Part shown: positions 56,188-64,000 of the stretch, in pieces
Numbering within the stretch: position 1 is the first letter of the stretch
Layout of the letters: every line of letters starts with the position of its first letter
Origin: Opitutus sp. GAS368
Lineage (GTDB): Bacteria; Verrucomicrobiota; Verrucomicrobiia; Opitutales; UBA953
Direction of reading: 5' to 3'
DNA: 64,000 bases
NCBI GenBank assembly: GCA_945866215.1
Contig: CAMBGQ010000001.1
Coordinates: 36,150 to 100,149, forward strand
Program-made: the position numbers and the translations under genes
The notes under the pieces: generated by a model
Database searches by the model: none
Told to the model about the DNA's origin: nothing
Seen by the model: only the letters and a program-made list of their open reading frames with translations

Positions 56188-57110
56188 GTAAGCGTATCCT
56201 CATCACCGGCGGCGCGGGATTTATCGGCTCCCACTTGGTCCGGCATTTCGTGGGCCAAGCCGAAGTCACAGTCCTCGACGACCTGCGCGGCGGCAGCGAA
56301 CGTAACCTGCAAGGCGTGGCCTGTCGCTTTCTGCGCGGCTCGATCCTCGACGAGACCGTCCTGCGGCAAGCCGCCGCAGGCGCCACCGAGGTCTACCATC
56401 TTGCCGCCATGGTCTCGGTCCCTGAGTCCGTCGCCAAGCCGGCCGAATGCGCCGAGCTCAACACCGAGGGTACCCGACGCGTGCTCGCCGCCGCCCTGGC
56501 CGCTGGCGTCCAGAAGGTCGTCCTTGCGTCGTCTTCCGCCATCTACGGAGATAATCCTACGGTCCCGAAGCATGAGTCGATGCCGCCGGAGCCGAAGTCG
56601 CCCTACGCCGCGACCAAGCTCGCCGCTGAGCACCTGCTGGCTGAATATGAGCGCACCCATGGCCTCGGCGCCACGGCCCTACGCTTCTTCAACGTCTTCG
56701 GTCCGAGGCAGGACCCACTCTCGCCCTACGCCGCCGCAGTGCCCATCTTTATTGCCCACGCCCTCCGCAATGAGCCCATCGGTATCCACGGCGACGGTGG
56801 CCAGACCCGAGACTTCATCCACGTGACCGATGTCGTCAGCGCCCTTGCCTTCGCCGGCCGTACCGCGTCGATGAAAGGCACCTACAACGTCGGTTATGGA
56901 GAAAGCCAGTCCATCCGCGCGCTGGCGGAGGCGATCATCGAGCTGACAGGCTCGCGTTCTCGGATTGAGCATCTTCCCGTCCGCGCCGGCGATGTGCGCC
57001 ATTCGGTCGCCTCGACCGAGAGGCTGCGGTCAGCGGGCTGGCAACCTTGCTCGTCCTTCCGCGCCGGCCTCGCGGAGACGATTGAGCACTTCCGCGGCCT
57101 CAGGGCGTGA
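56184..57110 (+). CDS. NAD-dependent epimerase (UDP-hexose / UDP-HexNAc 4-epimerase-like extended SDR)
   Basis: ILITGGAGFIGSHL, SSSAIYGD and YAATKLAAE (YxxxK) motifs. ATGA overlap with the upstream gene. Confidence 0.85.
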   Translation: MSKRILITGGAGFIGSHLVRHFVGQAEVTVLDDLRGGSERNLQGVACRFLRGSILDETVLRQAAAGATEVYHLAAMVSVPESVAKPAECAELNTEGTRRVLAAALAAGVQKVVLASSSAIYGDNPTVPKHESMPPEPKSPYAATKLAAEHLLAEYERTHGLGATALRFFNVFGPRQDPLSPYAAAVPIFIAHALRNEPIGIHGDGGQTRDFIHVTDVVSALAFAGRTASMKGTYNVGYGESQSIRALAEAIIELTGSRSRIEHLPVRAGDVRHSVASTERLRSAGWQPCSSFRAGLAETIEHFRGLRA

Positions 57111-57954
57111 CGACCAACGTCGTGCGCAGGAGCTCCTCCTGACCGTCGTTGAGGTTCAGCCAGAGGTCGTAGGTTCCGGCTGCCGGCAAACGCAACCGGA
57201 AGGAGAGGGTCGGATTCGGCGCATACTCCCCGCCCTCCAGCGTAGGATGCATGTGGGCATAGCCGGCCAGCCGGCGCTCGGCGGAAAAGACGACCGCATG
57301 GCCCAAGGCACCCATGATCGGCAGCAACTTGAGCGGCTTACCTTCGGGACCAGAAAGCTGCACGCGCAAGGTGGCCGAGTCTCCGGCCCTGAGCGTGGAG
57401 GCTTCCATCGAGATGATGGCGTTACGCCCCGGAACGATGGGGGTGACCGCGGAACCCATCGCCTTGATTTCCGTCTGGGCCAGCATCACGCGCGAGGTGC
57501 GCACGTCGGCGAAATCGACATAGGCCTCGAGGTCCGTGCCGCGCAGTCGCGCGGGGACATCGAAACGCCAGAAACCGTCGTCGCCCGGCACCGGGTGGAG
57601 ATGCGCATAGGCCCGAACGCCGCCCACTTGGCGCAGATGCAGGTGCACTTTTTGCGTGTGGGACACCGCTACTTCGTGCGCGTAATAAGGGTGCCCGTCC
57701 TCCTTGAACAAGCGCAGCTCTCCCTGAGCGCCATCAGCGGAAAGCCCGATCTTTAATTCGACGGGAAAGCGGAGCCCCTTCGGTGAATAAAAATTGGCCT
57801 CTTCGTTGAGACCGCAGAACTGCACCCCCTCCACGACGATGGGCTGGTGGTCGGCATGCAAGAAAGCACACTGAGTATCAGGCAAGGCGCGCAGCCCGAA
57901 AAAACCGGCCACCGCGAGCAAGGTAATGAGCAAGGTCTGTCGCTGAGACGTCAT
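57100..57954 (-). CDS. Hypothetical exported protein with two homologous His-rich modules
   Basis: N-terminal signal/TM segment (LLITLLAVAGFFGL). Internal duplication: ...VRAYAHLHPVPGDDGFWRFDVP... versus ...LAGYAHMHPTLEGG...LSFRLRLP.... ATGA overlap with the SCO1 stop. Confidence 0.65.
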   Translation of the reverse strand: MTSQRQTLLITLLAVAGFFGLRALPDTQCAFLHADHQPIVVEGVQFCGLNEEANFYSPKGLRFPVELKIGLSADGAQGELRLFKEDGHPYYAHEVAVSHTQKVHLHLRQVGGVRAYAHLHPVPGDDGFWRFDVPARLRGTDLEAYVDFADVRTSRVMLAQTEIKAMGSAVTPIVPGRNAIISMEASTLRAGDSATLRVQLSGPEGKPLKLLPIMGALGHAVVFSAERRLAGYAHMHPTLEGGEYAPNPTLSFRLRLPAAGTYDLWLNLNDGQEELLRTTLVVTP

Positions 57955-58793
57955 CGGGATTTCGTCCCAGCGGTGCCGGCAAGCTTAAGCAGGCGCTCCG
58001 CGACAGCGACGGCGTCGAAGGAAGCACCCTCGTTGCGGTAGGTGATTCGGCCTTCGGGGCTGATCACGATGAGTGCGGCGTTATGCACGATGGTTCCATC
58101 TTCCCGCAGGGTCTGGATGCCGTAATGACGCATCAGGTCCTTGATCTGGCCGACGTCACCAGTGAGGAAACGATGACGTGCATGATTGATGCCATAGCCG
58201 TTGGCGTAAGCCCGCAATTGGCCCGGCGTGTCGGTCTCGGGATCGAAGGTGATTGTCAGCAACCGGATGCCGGCCGCGGCAGGGTCTTGGGCGAGTTGGT
58301 CGCCCAAGGCCTTCATGCTGGCGGTCGCAGCCGGGCACATGCGAGCGACACGGCAAGTCGTGAAGATGAAATTGAGCGCGATGGCGTGTCCGAGGAAATC
58401 CTTCTTTAACACCAATCGGCCGTCCTGGTCCCACAGGGCCATGTTGGGCATCAGCTCGTTGGGCATCCGGGTGACCACCCGGCCTTTGTCGACCGTCTCG
58501 CGGCGCAGCACGTCGGTGACCTCGGCCACGCGACGCAGTTCTTCCGGATCGGCCGAGACGACGCCCCGAGCCCCCGTTTCGCCGCCTTCGGCGACAGTTT
58601 CGTAGCGGACCAGACGACCGACCCAGCCGATCTGGCGATCGCCTTCGTAGAAACGGCGCGACTGGACAACGCCCTTACCGTCGGCAGGCAGGATCTTCGC
58701 CCACCCATCGGCGGAGACGGACTCCACCCGTCCGGTCTCCGTGGCGGCAGAGAGCCCGGCGAAGGCCAGTAAGAGCGACAGGATGCGGGTCAT
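57951..58793 (-). CDS. SCO1/SenC-family copper chaperone (thioredoxin fold) with about 110-aa N-terminal extension
   Basis: CxxxC motif FIFTTCRVARMCP and conserved downstream His (IVHNAA). ATG at 58793 is preferred over the listed TTG at 58799. Confidence 0.85.
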   Translation of the reverse strand: MTRILSLLLAFAGLSAATETGRVESVSADGWAKILPADGKGVVQSRRFYEGDRQIGWVGRLVRYETVAEGGETGARGVVSADPEELRRVAEVTDVLRRETVDKGRVVTRMPNELMPNMALWDQDGRLVLKKDFLGHAIALNFIFTTCRVARMCPAATASMKALGDQLAQDPAAAGIRLLTITFDPETDTPGQLRAYANGYGINHARHRFLTGDVGQIKDLMRHYGIQTLREDGTIVHNAALIVISPEGRITYRNEGASFDAVAVAERLLKLAGTAGTKSR

Positions 58794-58795
58794 GT

Positions 58796-59719
58796 TCAAA
58801 GGTGTTCGCCAGAAGGACCAAGGAGCAGGTCAATCATGCCATGTCGAACACCTTGGTGAGAAAGATGGAACGCTTCGGCCCCCGTGAGGTCGGCCAGCAC
58901 GCAAAGGGTGATTAGGGCCGCCGGCATGATATCGGCACGGTCGGCCGGGATGCCCGGTATCGTCAACCGACCAGCCAGATCGGTCGCGCACATCCGGTCG
59001 CGGAGTTCGCGGATGCGCAATATCGGCAGCCGACCCCCGGCCGGCGGCTCGCCTAAGGCCTCGAGGTGCAGGGCAATCGCGGCGAAGACGCCGCCCGCGC
59101 CGACAATCAGGAACTTCTCGGCGGCGGCCGCCGGGATCACGGTCTGCAGGGAGGAGAGCAGATGCGTGCGGATCGAGAGCTGGTCGAGCTCGTCCACTGG
59201 GCCCTGCCCACCACGAAGGAAACCATGGGTCAAGCGGACCGAGCCCAAGGGGAAACTGCGGGCGAGCACGCAACGCTGACCGCGCAGGATCGAGACCTCC
59301 AGACTGCCGCCGCCGAGGTCGAAGGAGAGAATATCGGCATAGGCCTGGTAGGCAGGATCGGCGCGGACGCCCGCCGCCGCCAGCCGGGCTTCCACCTCGC
59401 CTGAGACAATCGTCAGCGGCACGCCGGTCGTCGACTCCACCTCGCGAGCAAAATCCTGACGGCTGACCGACTCACGGACAGCGCAGGTAGCGAGCACGCA
59501 GCACCGCGTGGCTCCCAATGAACGAGCGAAGGCCAGCAGACGGCCGATGGCCGCGACCGCCTCGGCGCGCGCCTTCGGGGCGAACGGTTCCGCCGGACCA
59601 CCCTCGGGTTGAAGCCGGACGGCCTCGGACTTACGGGCGAGCTCGCGACGGTCGGCGATGGCCACGACGGCGACCTTGATAGAGTTGGAGCCTACGTCGA
59701 CGACGGCGATGGCGGACAT
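58796..59719 (-). CDS. Ppx/GppA-family phosphatase (short, single-module form)
   Basis: AVVDVGSNSIKV and DLGGGSLE ASKHA phosphate motifs; 307 aa. Confidence 0.85.
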   Translation of the reverse strand: MSAIAVVDVGSNSIKVAVVAIADRRELARKSEAVRLQPEGGPAEPFAPKARAEAVAAIGRLLAFARSLGATRCCVLATCAVRESVSRQDFAREVESTTGVPLTIVSGEVEARLAAAGVRADPAYQAYADILSFDLGGGSLEVSILRGQRCVLARSFPLGSVRLTHGFLRGGQGPVDELDQLSIRTHLLSSLQTVIPAAAAEKFLIVGAGGVFAAIALHLEALGEPPAGGRLPILRIRELRDRMCATDLAGRLTIPGIPADRADIMPAALITLCVLADLTGAEAFHLSHQGVRHGMIDLLLGPSGEHL

Positions 59720-59721
59720 GT

Positions 59722-60690
59722 TCAGAAATAGAGTTGGCCTTTGAGGCCGCCGAAGAAATGGGCGGCTTCCTGGGTTTCAAATTCCTTCGTGCGCACCGCG
59801 ATGAAATAGGTCGCCGACCAAGTGTGCACCTGGAAGGTCGTGCCGAACGCGCATTGCAATACAATCGGCGTGCGCGCGACCCCCCGGGACTCACGGAAAT
59901 TGCCGCCGTCCACCGCATAGTTGCGGATGACGACCTCGACCTGCGTGTCGATGAAGGCCCAATAAGAGAAATTGGGGCGACCCGAAGATGCCTTCAGCGC
60001 ATCGACCGGATCATAGCCGTTCGAATGTCGGATGAAGGAGTGACCCCAAGATTTGTCGAGATTGATGCCCCAACGTAGCTGGGCGCCGAGCAGGAGCCCC
60101 GTACGCATCGTACCCAGCTCGACCATACCGCGGGCGATGAGGTCTCGGTAGCCGCGCCCGCTCGCGTCGAGGTCGAAGCGCCGGCGGAATTCGGCGTCGA
60201 TGTTCAAGAGCGGCTCATTCTGGATCTGCGTCCCCCAGCCCGCGGCGCTGGATGTGCCGATCAATTCGTGAAACTTATCTTGAATCGTCTGACCGCCGGC
60301 CGCAGGGCCGATCACGCCGAGCTTCGCCTCCACGGAATACAGGCAGTCGCGGCGGCCTCCCCGATGCAAGATATCGCCATAGCCCCAGCCCAGATAAAGG
60401 GCGCTCGAATAAGGCTGATCGTCGAGGGAGGGATTGGGGTTGAGCGAGTCGGACGGCGTATTGATCTCCTGCGTCAGCGAGAAGAACATGTTGTCGCCAC
60501 GGTTGAGGGCCACCTTGAGCCCTTGGGTGTAGTAACGGTCTTTGTTCTGTGGCGTGAACTTATCGTTCTCCTCCGTGAGCGAGACGACCCACACCGGGGC
60601 AGGCTCAGCACTCGGCGCTTCAGCGGCATGGGCGCCGACGGTGGTCAGAGCAGCGACGATGAGACGGGCGAACGGCATGGCGGAAACCAT
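59722..60690 (-). CDS. Outer-membrane beta-barrel protein, lipid A deacylase LpxR (DUF2219) family
   Basis: Signal peptide MPFARLIVAALTTVGAHA and EENDKF...DRYYTQG motif, typical of DUF2219. The protein ends in an aromatic residue (LYF). GGAGG lies 9 nt upstream of the ATG at 60690. Confidence 0.55.
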   Translation of the reverse strand: MVSAMPFARLIVAALTTVGAHAAEAPSAEPAPVWVVSLTEENDKFTPQNKDRYYTQGLKVALNRGDNMFFSLTQEINTPSDSLNPNPSLDDQPYSSALYLGWGYGDILHRGGRRDCLYSVEAKLGVIGPAAGGQTIQDKFHELIGTSSAAGWGTQIQNEPLLNIDAEFRRRFDLDASGRGYRDLIARGMVELGTMRTGLLLGAQLRWGINLDKSWGHSFIRHSNGYDPVDALKASSGRPNFSYWAFIDTQVEVVIRNYAVDGGNFRESRGVARTPIVLQCAFGTTFQVHTWSATYFIAVRTKEFETQEAAHFFGGLKGQLYF

Positions 60691-60769
60691 AGCCAATAGC
60701 CTCCGCTCAAGTCAGTCCACGCCTTTCTGACTTGTGAACATCCTCTCGCCCAAGTATCTGACAATCAGG

Positions 60770-61864
60770 ATGTCCCAAGCGCCCACAGGTTCACCTTTTG
60801 CCCGGACGGAAGTCCTGGCCGATGGCACCGCCTTGGTCACCATCGGAGGCTCGTGGACCCTCGACCAGCCGCTTCCGGCGATCGTGACCAAGGGCGACCG
60901 GGTCCGGGTCGTGACGGAGGGCTTGGCCGACTTTGATTCCTCTTTGCCCGCCTGGCTTTACGCGAACTTCAAGAACGTCCGGCAGCTGGACCTCTCCCCC
61001 CTGCCCCCCCGACTGCAATCGCTGGTGCAAATCGCCGAGAAGGCCTCGTCCGAGCAGGCCGTGCCCGAGCAGACCGGCTTCCTCGAAAAGTTTGGCAACT
61101 GGGGAGTCGAAAGTAGTTCTTCGTGGGGCCGAGCCTTCGAACATATCGGCGACACCGCTTCGGGTTTTCTCCGCATGCTCGTTGGTCGGGCCAAGGTCAA
61201 CTGGGGCGACTTCACGCTGCAACTTCAGACCGCCGGCGTGGACGCGCTCCCGATTGTCGCTTTGCTCGGTTTCCTGACAGGGCTGATTATGGCTTACGTG
61301 GGCCTGATCCAGCTACGACAGGTCGGCGCGACGGTGTATGTCGCCAACCTCGTCTCGCTCGCCATGACCCGCGAGATGGGCGCATTGATGACCGGAGTCA
61401 TCGCCTGCGGACGCACGTCGACCGCCTTCGCGTCGCAACTCGGGAGTATGAACGTCAGCCAAGAGACCGATGCCCTGCGCGCCCTCGGCCTCCACCCGGT
61501 CGAATACCTTGCGCTCCCCCGCATCCTCGCCGTCACGCTGATGGTGCCGCTCCTCGCCGTCTTCGCCACCTTCGTCGGCATCTTCGGCGGCATGGTGGTC
61601 GCCTGCGCCGGCGACCTGAGTATCGAGCAATACCTCACCCAGGCCATCCGCGCCATCTCGTTCAAGAGTTTCCTCGTCGGCTTCATCAAATCAATCGCCT
61701 TCGGCTTCATCGCCGGCTGGGCGGGCTGCTACCGGGGCTCGGTCGCGAAGCGCTCGGCCTTAGGGGTCGGCGAGGCGGCCACCTCCGCCGCCGTGCTGGG
61801 CATCACCTTCATCGTCATCGCCGATGCGGTCTTCGCGGTGATCTTCAACCTCTTCGACCTGTGA
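60770..61864 (+). CDS. mlaE: MlaE-family ABC permease with about 110-aa N-terminal STAS-like extension
   Basis: Permease core ALPIVALLGFLTGLIMAY ... REMGALMTGVIACGRTSTAFASQLGSMNVSQETDAL. ATG at 60770. Confidence 0.85.
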   Translation: MSQAPTGSPFARTEVLADGTALVTIGGSWTLDQPLPAIVTKGDRVRVVTEGLADFDSSLPAWLYANFKNVRQLDLSPLPPRLQSLVQIAEKASSEQAVPEQTGFLEKFGNWGVESSSSWGRAFEHIGDTASGFLRMLVGRAKVNWGDFTLQLQTAGVDALPIVALLGFLTGLIMAYVGLIQLRQVGATVYVANLVSLAMTREMGALMTGVIACGRTSTAFASQLGSMNVSQETDALRALGLHPVEYLALPRILAVTLMVPLLAVFATFVGIFGGMVVACAGDLSIEQYLTQAIRAISFKSFLVGFIKSIAFGFIAGWAGCYRGSVAKRSALGVGEAATSAAVLGITFIVIADAVFAVIFNLFDL

Positions 61865-62619
61865 GCGCCCCGGCTGATATCCTCACCTGCGCGGACCTCG
61901 CCATCGGCCACGGCCAGGTCGTCGTCATGGACCGGCTGAGCTTTTCGCTCGCCGCCGGCAAGATCCTCGCTGTCGTCGGGCCGAGTGGGTGCGGCAAGAG
62001 CACCCTCATGCGCGCCCTCGGCGGACTGGACGAACCGCTCGGCGGGCGAAGCACGCTCATGGGCGTCGACCTGCACGCGACCCACGGCGAGGAACGCGCG
62101 GCCATCCTCCGCCGGACCGGCTTCCTCTTCCAGGGTGCCGCGCTATTCTCCTCGCTTACCCTCCGCGAGAACATCGAGATGCCCATGCGCGAGTTCCTCG
62201 CCGCGCCGCGCAAGGAGATCCGCCAGCTCGCCGAATATAAGCTGTCCTTGGTCGGCTTAGCTGACGCCATGGACAAGCTCCCCTCCGAAATCAGCGGCGG
62301 CATGGCCAAGCGCGCGGGCATCGCCCGGGCCATGGCGCTCGACCCGGACCTGATCTTCCTCGACGAACCCAGCGCCGGCCTCGACCCGATGAGCTCCGGC
62401 CGCCTGGATGAGTTAATCCTGCGCCTACGCGAGGCCTTCGGGACGACCGTCGTCCTGGTCAGCCACGAGGTCCCCAGCATCCTCCGGACCGCCGACTTCT
62501 GCGTTTACCTCGACCCCGACACCGGCACCATGGGTGCCTACGGGTCCCCGAAGAGCTTCCTTCAGGCTGGCAATTCGCCCAAGGCGCACGCCTTCTTCAC
62601 CCAAGCCCGTATCGACTGA
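61861..62619 (+). CDS. mlaF: MlaF-type ABC transporter ATP-binding protein
   Basis: Walker A GPSGCGKST, signature SGGMAKR and Walker B LIFLDEPSAGLD. The GTG at 61861 overlaps the mlaE stop (GTGA). The listed ORF from 61123 is an out-of-context extension. Confidence 0.88.
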   Translation: MSAPADILTCADLAIGHGQVVVMDRLSFSLAAGKILAVVGPSGCGKSTLMRALGGLDEPLGGRSTLMGVDLHATHGEERAAILRRTGFLFQGAALFSSLTLRENIEMPMREFLAAPRKEIRQLAEYKLSLVGLADAMDKLPSEISGGMAKRAGIARAMALDPDLIFLDEPSAGLDPMSSGRLDELILRLREAFGTTVVLVSHEVPSILRTADFCVYLDPDTGTMGAYGSPKSFLQAGNSPKAHAFFTQARID

Positions 62620-62621
62620 CC

Positions 62622-63656
62622 ATGCGCAGATCCGCCAACATGACACTGATCGGGGCCTTCGTGGCCGCAGGTATCCTGCTGATCGTCGCCGCCGTCGTCC
62701 TCCTCGGGGCCGGCTCCTTCACCGGCGCCAAACCCGCCGCCATCGCTTACTTCGAGGATTCGGTCAGCGGGCTCGACATCGGCGCCCCAGTCAAGTTCCG
62801 CGGCGTGACAATCGGCAAGGTCAGCCAAGTCCTCCTCCGCACCTCGGGCCAGGCCGCTGCCGATTACGCCGTGCCCGTCGTCATGGAGTTCTCCCCTGAC
62901 CTTCTCACCCGACGCGGCCTCGACCAAGCCCTCTTACAAAAACAAGGACTCCGCCTCTCGCTTGAAAAAGGGCTGCGCGCCAAGCTCCAGCAACAGTCGA
63001 TTATCACCGGCGTCCTCTACGTGGAACTGGACTACTTCCCAGACACGGCCTATCGGCTGCATGACCCCAAGGGCGAGCTGCCGGAAATCCCCACCCAGCC
63101 CTCGAATCTCGGCGCCCTCACCCGAGCAATCTCCCAGACGCTCGACCAGCTGAGCCGCATCGATTTCGTCTCCATCACCACGAAGGTCGACTCCATCCTG
63201 ACGCGCATCGATAAAGGCGCTTCCCAGATCGAGTTCGAGAAGATCAACGGCAACCTCGTGCAGGCGTCGTCCAATATTGTCAAGATTACCGGCGACCCCG
63301 CCATCAATCGCGCGGTCGGTGATTTCTCGGCAGCGATGCAAGGTATCGATGCGCTGGTGAAACGGCTCAGTGGCAAGGTCGACCCGGTGACCGATGACAT
63401 CCAGGCGATGGCCACCGCCGGACGTAAGGCGCTCGATCGCCTGAACGAGACCTCCGAAAACCTACGTACCCTAACCAAGCCCGGCTCCCCCGCCCGCCGC
63501 GACCTCGATCAAGCGCTGGCCGACGTCTCCGAGGCCGCCCAGGCAATCCGTTCGCTCGCTGATTTCATCGAGCGTAACCCGGAAACGATTATCCAAGGTC
63601 GCAGTAAGTCGACCTCGCCCGACGCCTTACCCAAGGAGCAACCCGCCGCCAAATGA
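62622..63656 (+). CDS. mlaD: MCE-domain protein (MlaD/PqiB-like substrate-binding component)
   Basis: N-terminal TM anchor, MCE core GLDIGAPVKFRGVTIGKV and a long helical C-terminal region. Confidence 0.85.
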   Translation: MRRSANMTLIGAFVAAGILLIVAAVVLLGAGSFTGAKPAAIAYFEDSVSGLDIGAPVKFRGVTIGKVSQVLLRTSGQAAADYAVPVVMEFSPDLLTRRGLDQALLQKQGLRLSLEKGLRAKLQQQSIITGVLYVELDYFPDTAYRLHDPKGELPEIPTQPSNLGALTRAISQTLDQLSRIDFVSITTKVDSILTRIDKGASQIEFEKINGNLVQASSNIVKITGDPAINRAVGDFSAAMQGIDALVKRLSGKVDPVTDDIQAMATAGRKALDRLNETSENLRTLTKPGSPARRDLDQALADVSEAAQAIRSLADFIERNPETIIQGRSKSTSPDALPKEQPAAK

Positions 63657-64000
63657 AGCTGCCCCTCGTCTTCCTCGCCCTCGGGATTCTGCTTAGCGGC
63701 TGCATCATCTTTGATAAGAAGAGTGAGGCGGTCACCTTCTACCAGCTGAGCCATCCGGTCGCCGCGGCTAAGCCGCCCGCCAGCGGGCGGACAGTCTTCA
63801 TCCCCCGCGCGGTCGTCCCCTCCGCCCTGCGCCGCCCGAACATCGTCCTGCTCGACGACACGGGCTGGGTGCGCATCGAAGATGCCCACCGCTGGATCGC
63901 CCCGCTGGACCGAACCATCCCTGAGACCGTCGCACGACACTTGACCGCCGCCACCGGGTTCGCCACGGCTTTGCAAGTACCAGCCGAAGAGCACCTCGTG
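63653..64000 (+). CDS. ABC-transport auxiliary lipoprotein (DUF330 / PqiC-YmbA-like); 3' end outside the window
   Basis: My translation: MKLPLVFLALGILLSGCIIF... (lipobox LSGC) ...AHRWIAPLDRTIPETV. ATGA overlap with the MCE gene. The frame stays open to base 64000. Not in the ORF track. Confidence 0.7.
   Translation, partial: MKLPLVFLALGILLSGCIIFDKKSEAVTFYQLSHPVAAAKPPASGRTVFIPRAVVPSALRRPNIVLLDDTGWVRIEDAHRWIAPLDRTIPETVARHLTAATGFATALQVPAEEHLV

Noticed and set aside
61123-61860. N-terminal 246 codons of the listed 498-aa ORF
   Set aside because: It overlaps mlaE out of frame and is Arg/His/Pro-rich. ABC ATPase homology starts at the GTG at 61861.
1-64000. Scan for CRISPR arrays, IS/transposase or integrase genes, tRNA/rRNA genes, toxin-antitoxin pairs and defence-system signatures around the SNF2 helicase, PIN-PhoH, topoisomerase III and MutS genes
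   Set aside because: No repeat-spacer arrays, terminal inverted repeats or recombinase ORFs were seen. The nucleic-acid enzymes are isolated among housekeeping genes, without the partner genes (methyltransferase, nuclease, DUF1998, PLD and so on) that define known defence systems.

Overview
GC-rich, very tightly packed bacterial chromosomal segment with about 60 protein genes. Many are joined by ATGA/TGATG start-stop overlaps, and non-coding DNA is minimal. Content is mostly core housekeeping: aminoacyl-tRNA synthetases (metG, valS), the 2-oxoglutarate dehydrogenase complex (sucA-sucB-lpdA), mutS, ybaB-recR, topoisomerase III and ppk1. Also present are lpxK, panD/panE, nadB, hisF/hisC, trpC, rsmA, rimO, tatA, ribE and mazG. 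A Minf_1886-type small protein, weak Shine-Dalgarno usage and the overall gene set suggest a Verrucomicrobiota (Opitutales-like) genome, but this is inference only. I found no rRNA or tRNA genes, CRISPR arrays, transposases, integrases, phage genes or recognisable defence islands. One RNA gene missing from the ORF track is supported: an SRP (4.5S/ffs) RNA on the minus strand between lpdA and valS. I do not see a convincing novel system, and this looks like an ordinary core region. The most follow-up-worthy items are listed here. (1) A six-gene translationally coupled amino-sugar operon: nagB, ROK-like kinase, PIG-L deacetylase, nucleotidyltransferase, NahK-like kinase, 4-epimerase. (2) An in-frame HAD-hydrolase::DUF721(DciA-like) fusion. 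(3) An internally duplicated His-rich exported protein coupled to SCO1/SenC. (4) A run of three nucleotide pyrophosphohydrolase genes. (5) A 15-nt AT-rich motif abutting two start codons. (6) Pyrimidine-rich CCUCC-type leaders in place of Shine-Dalgarno sites. Many long ORFs in the track are antisense or out-of-frame artefacts typical of GC-rich DNA and were rejected.
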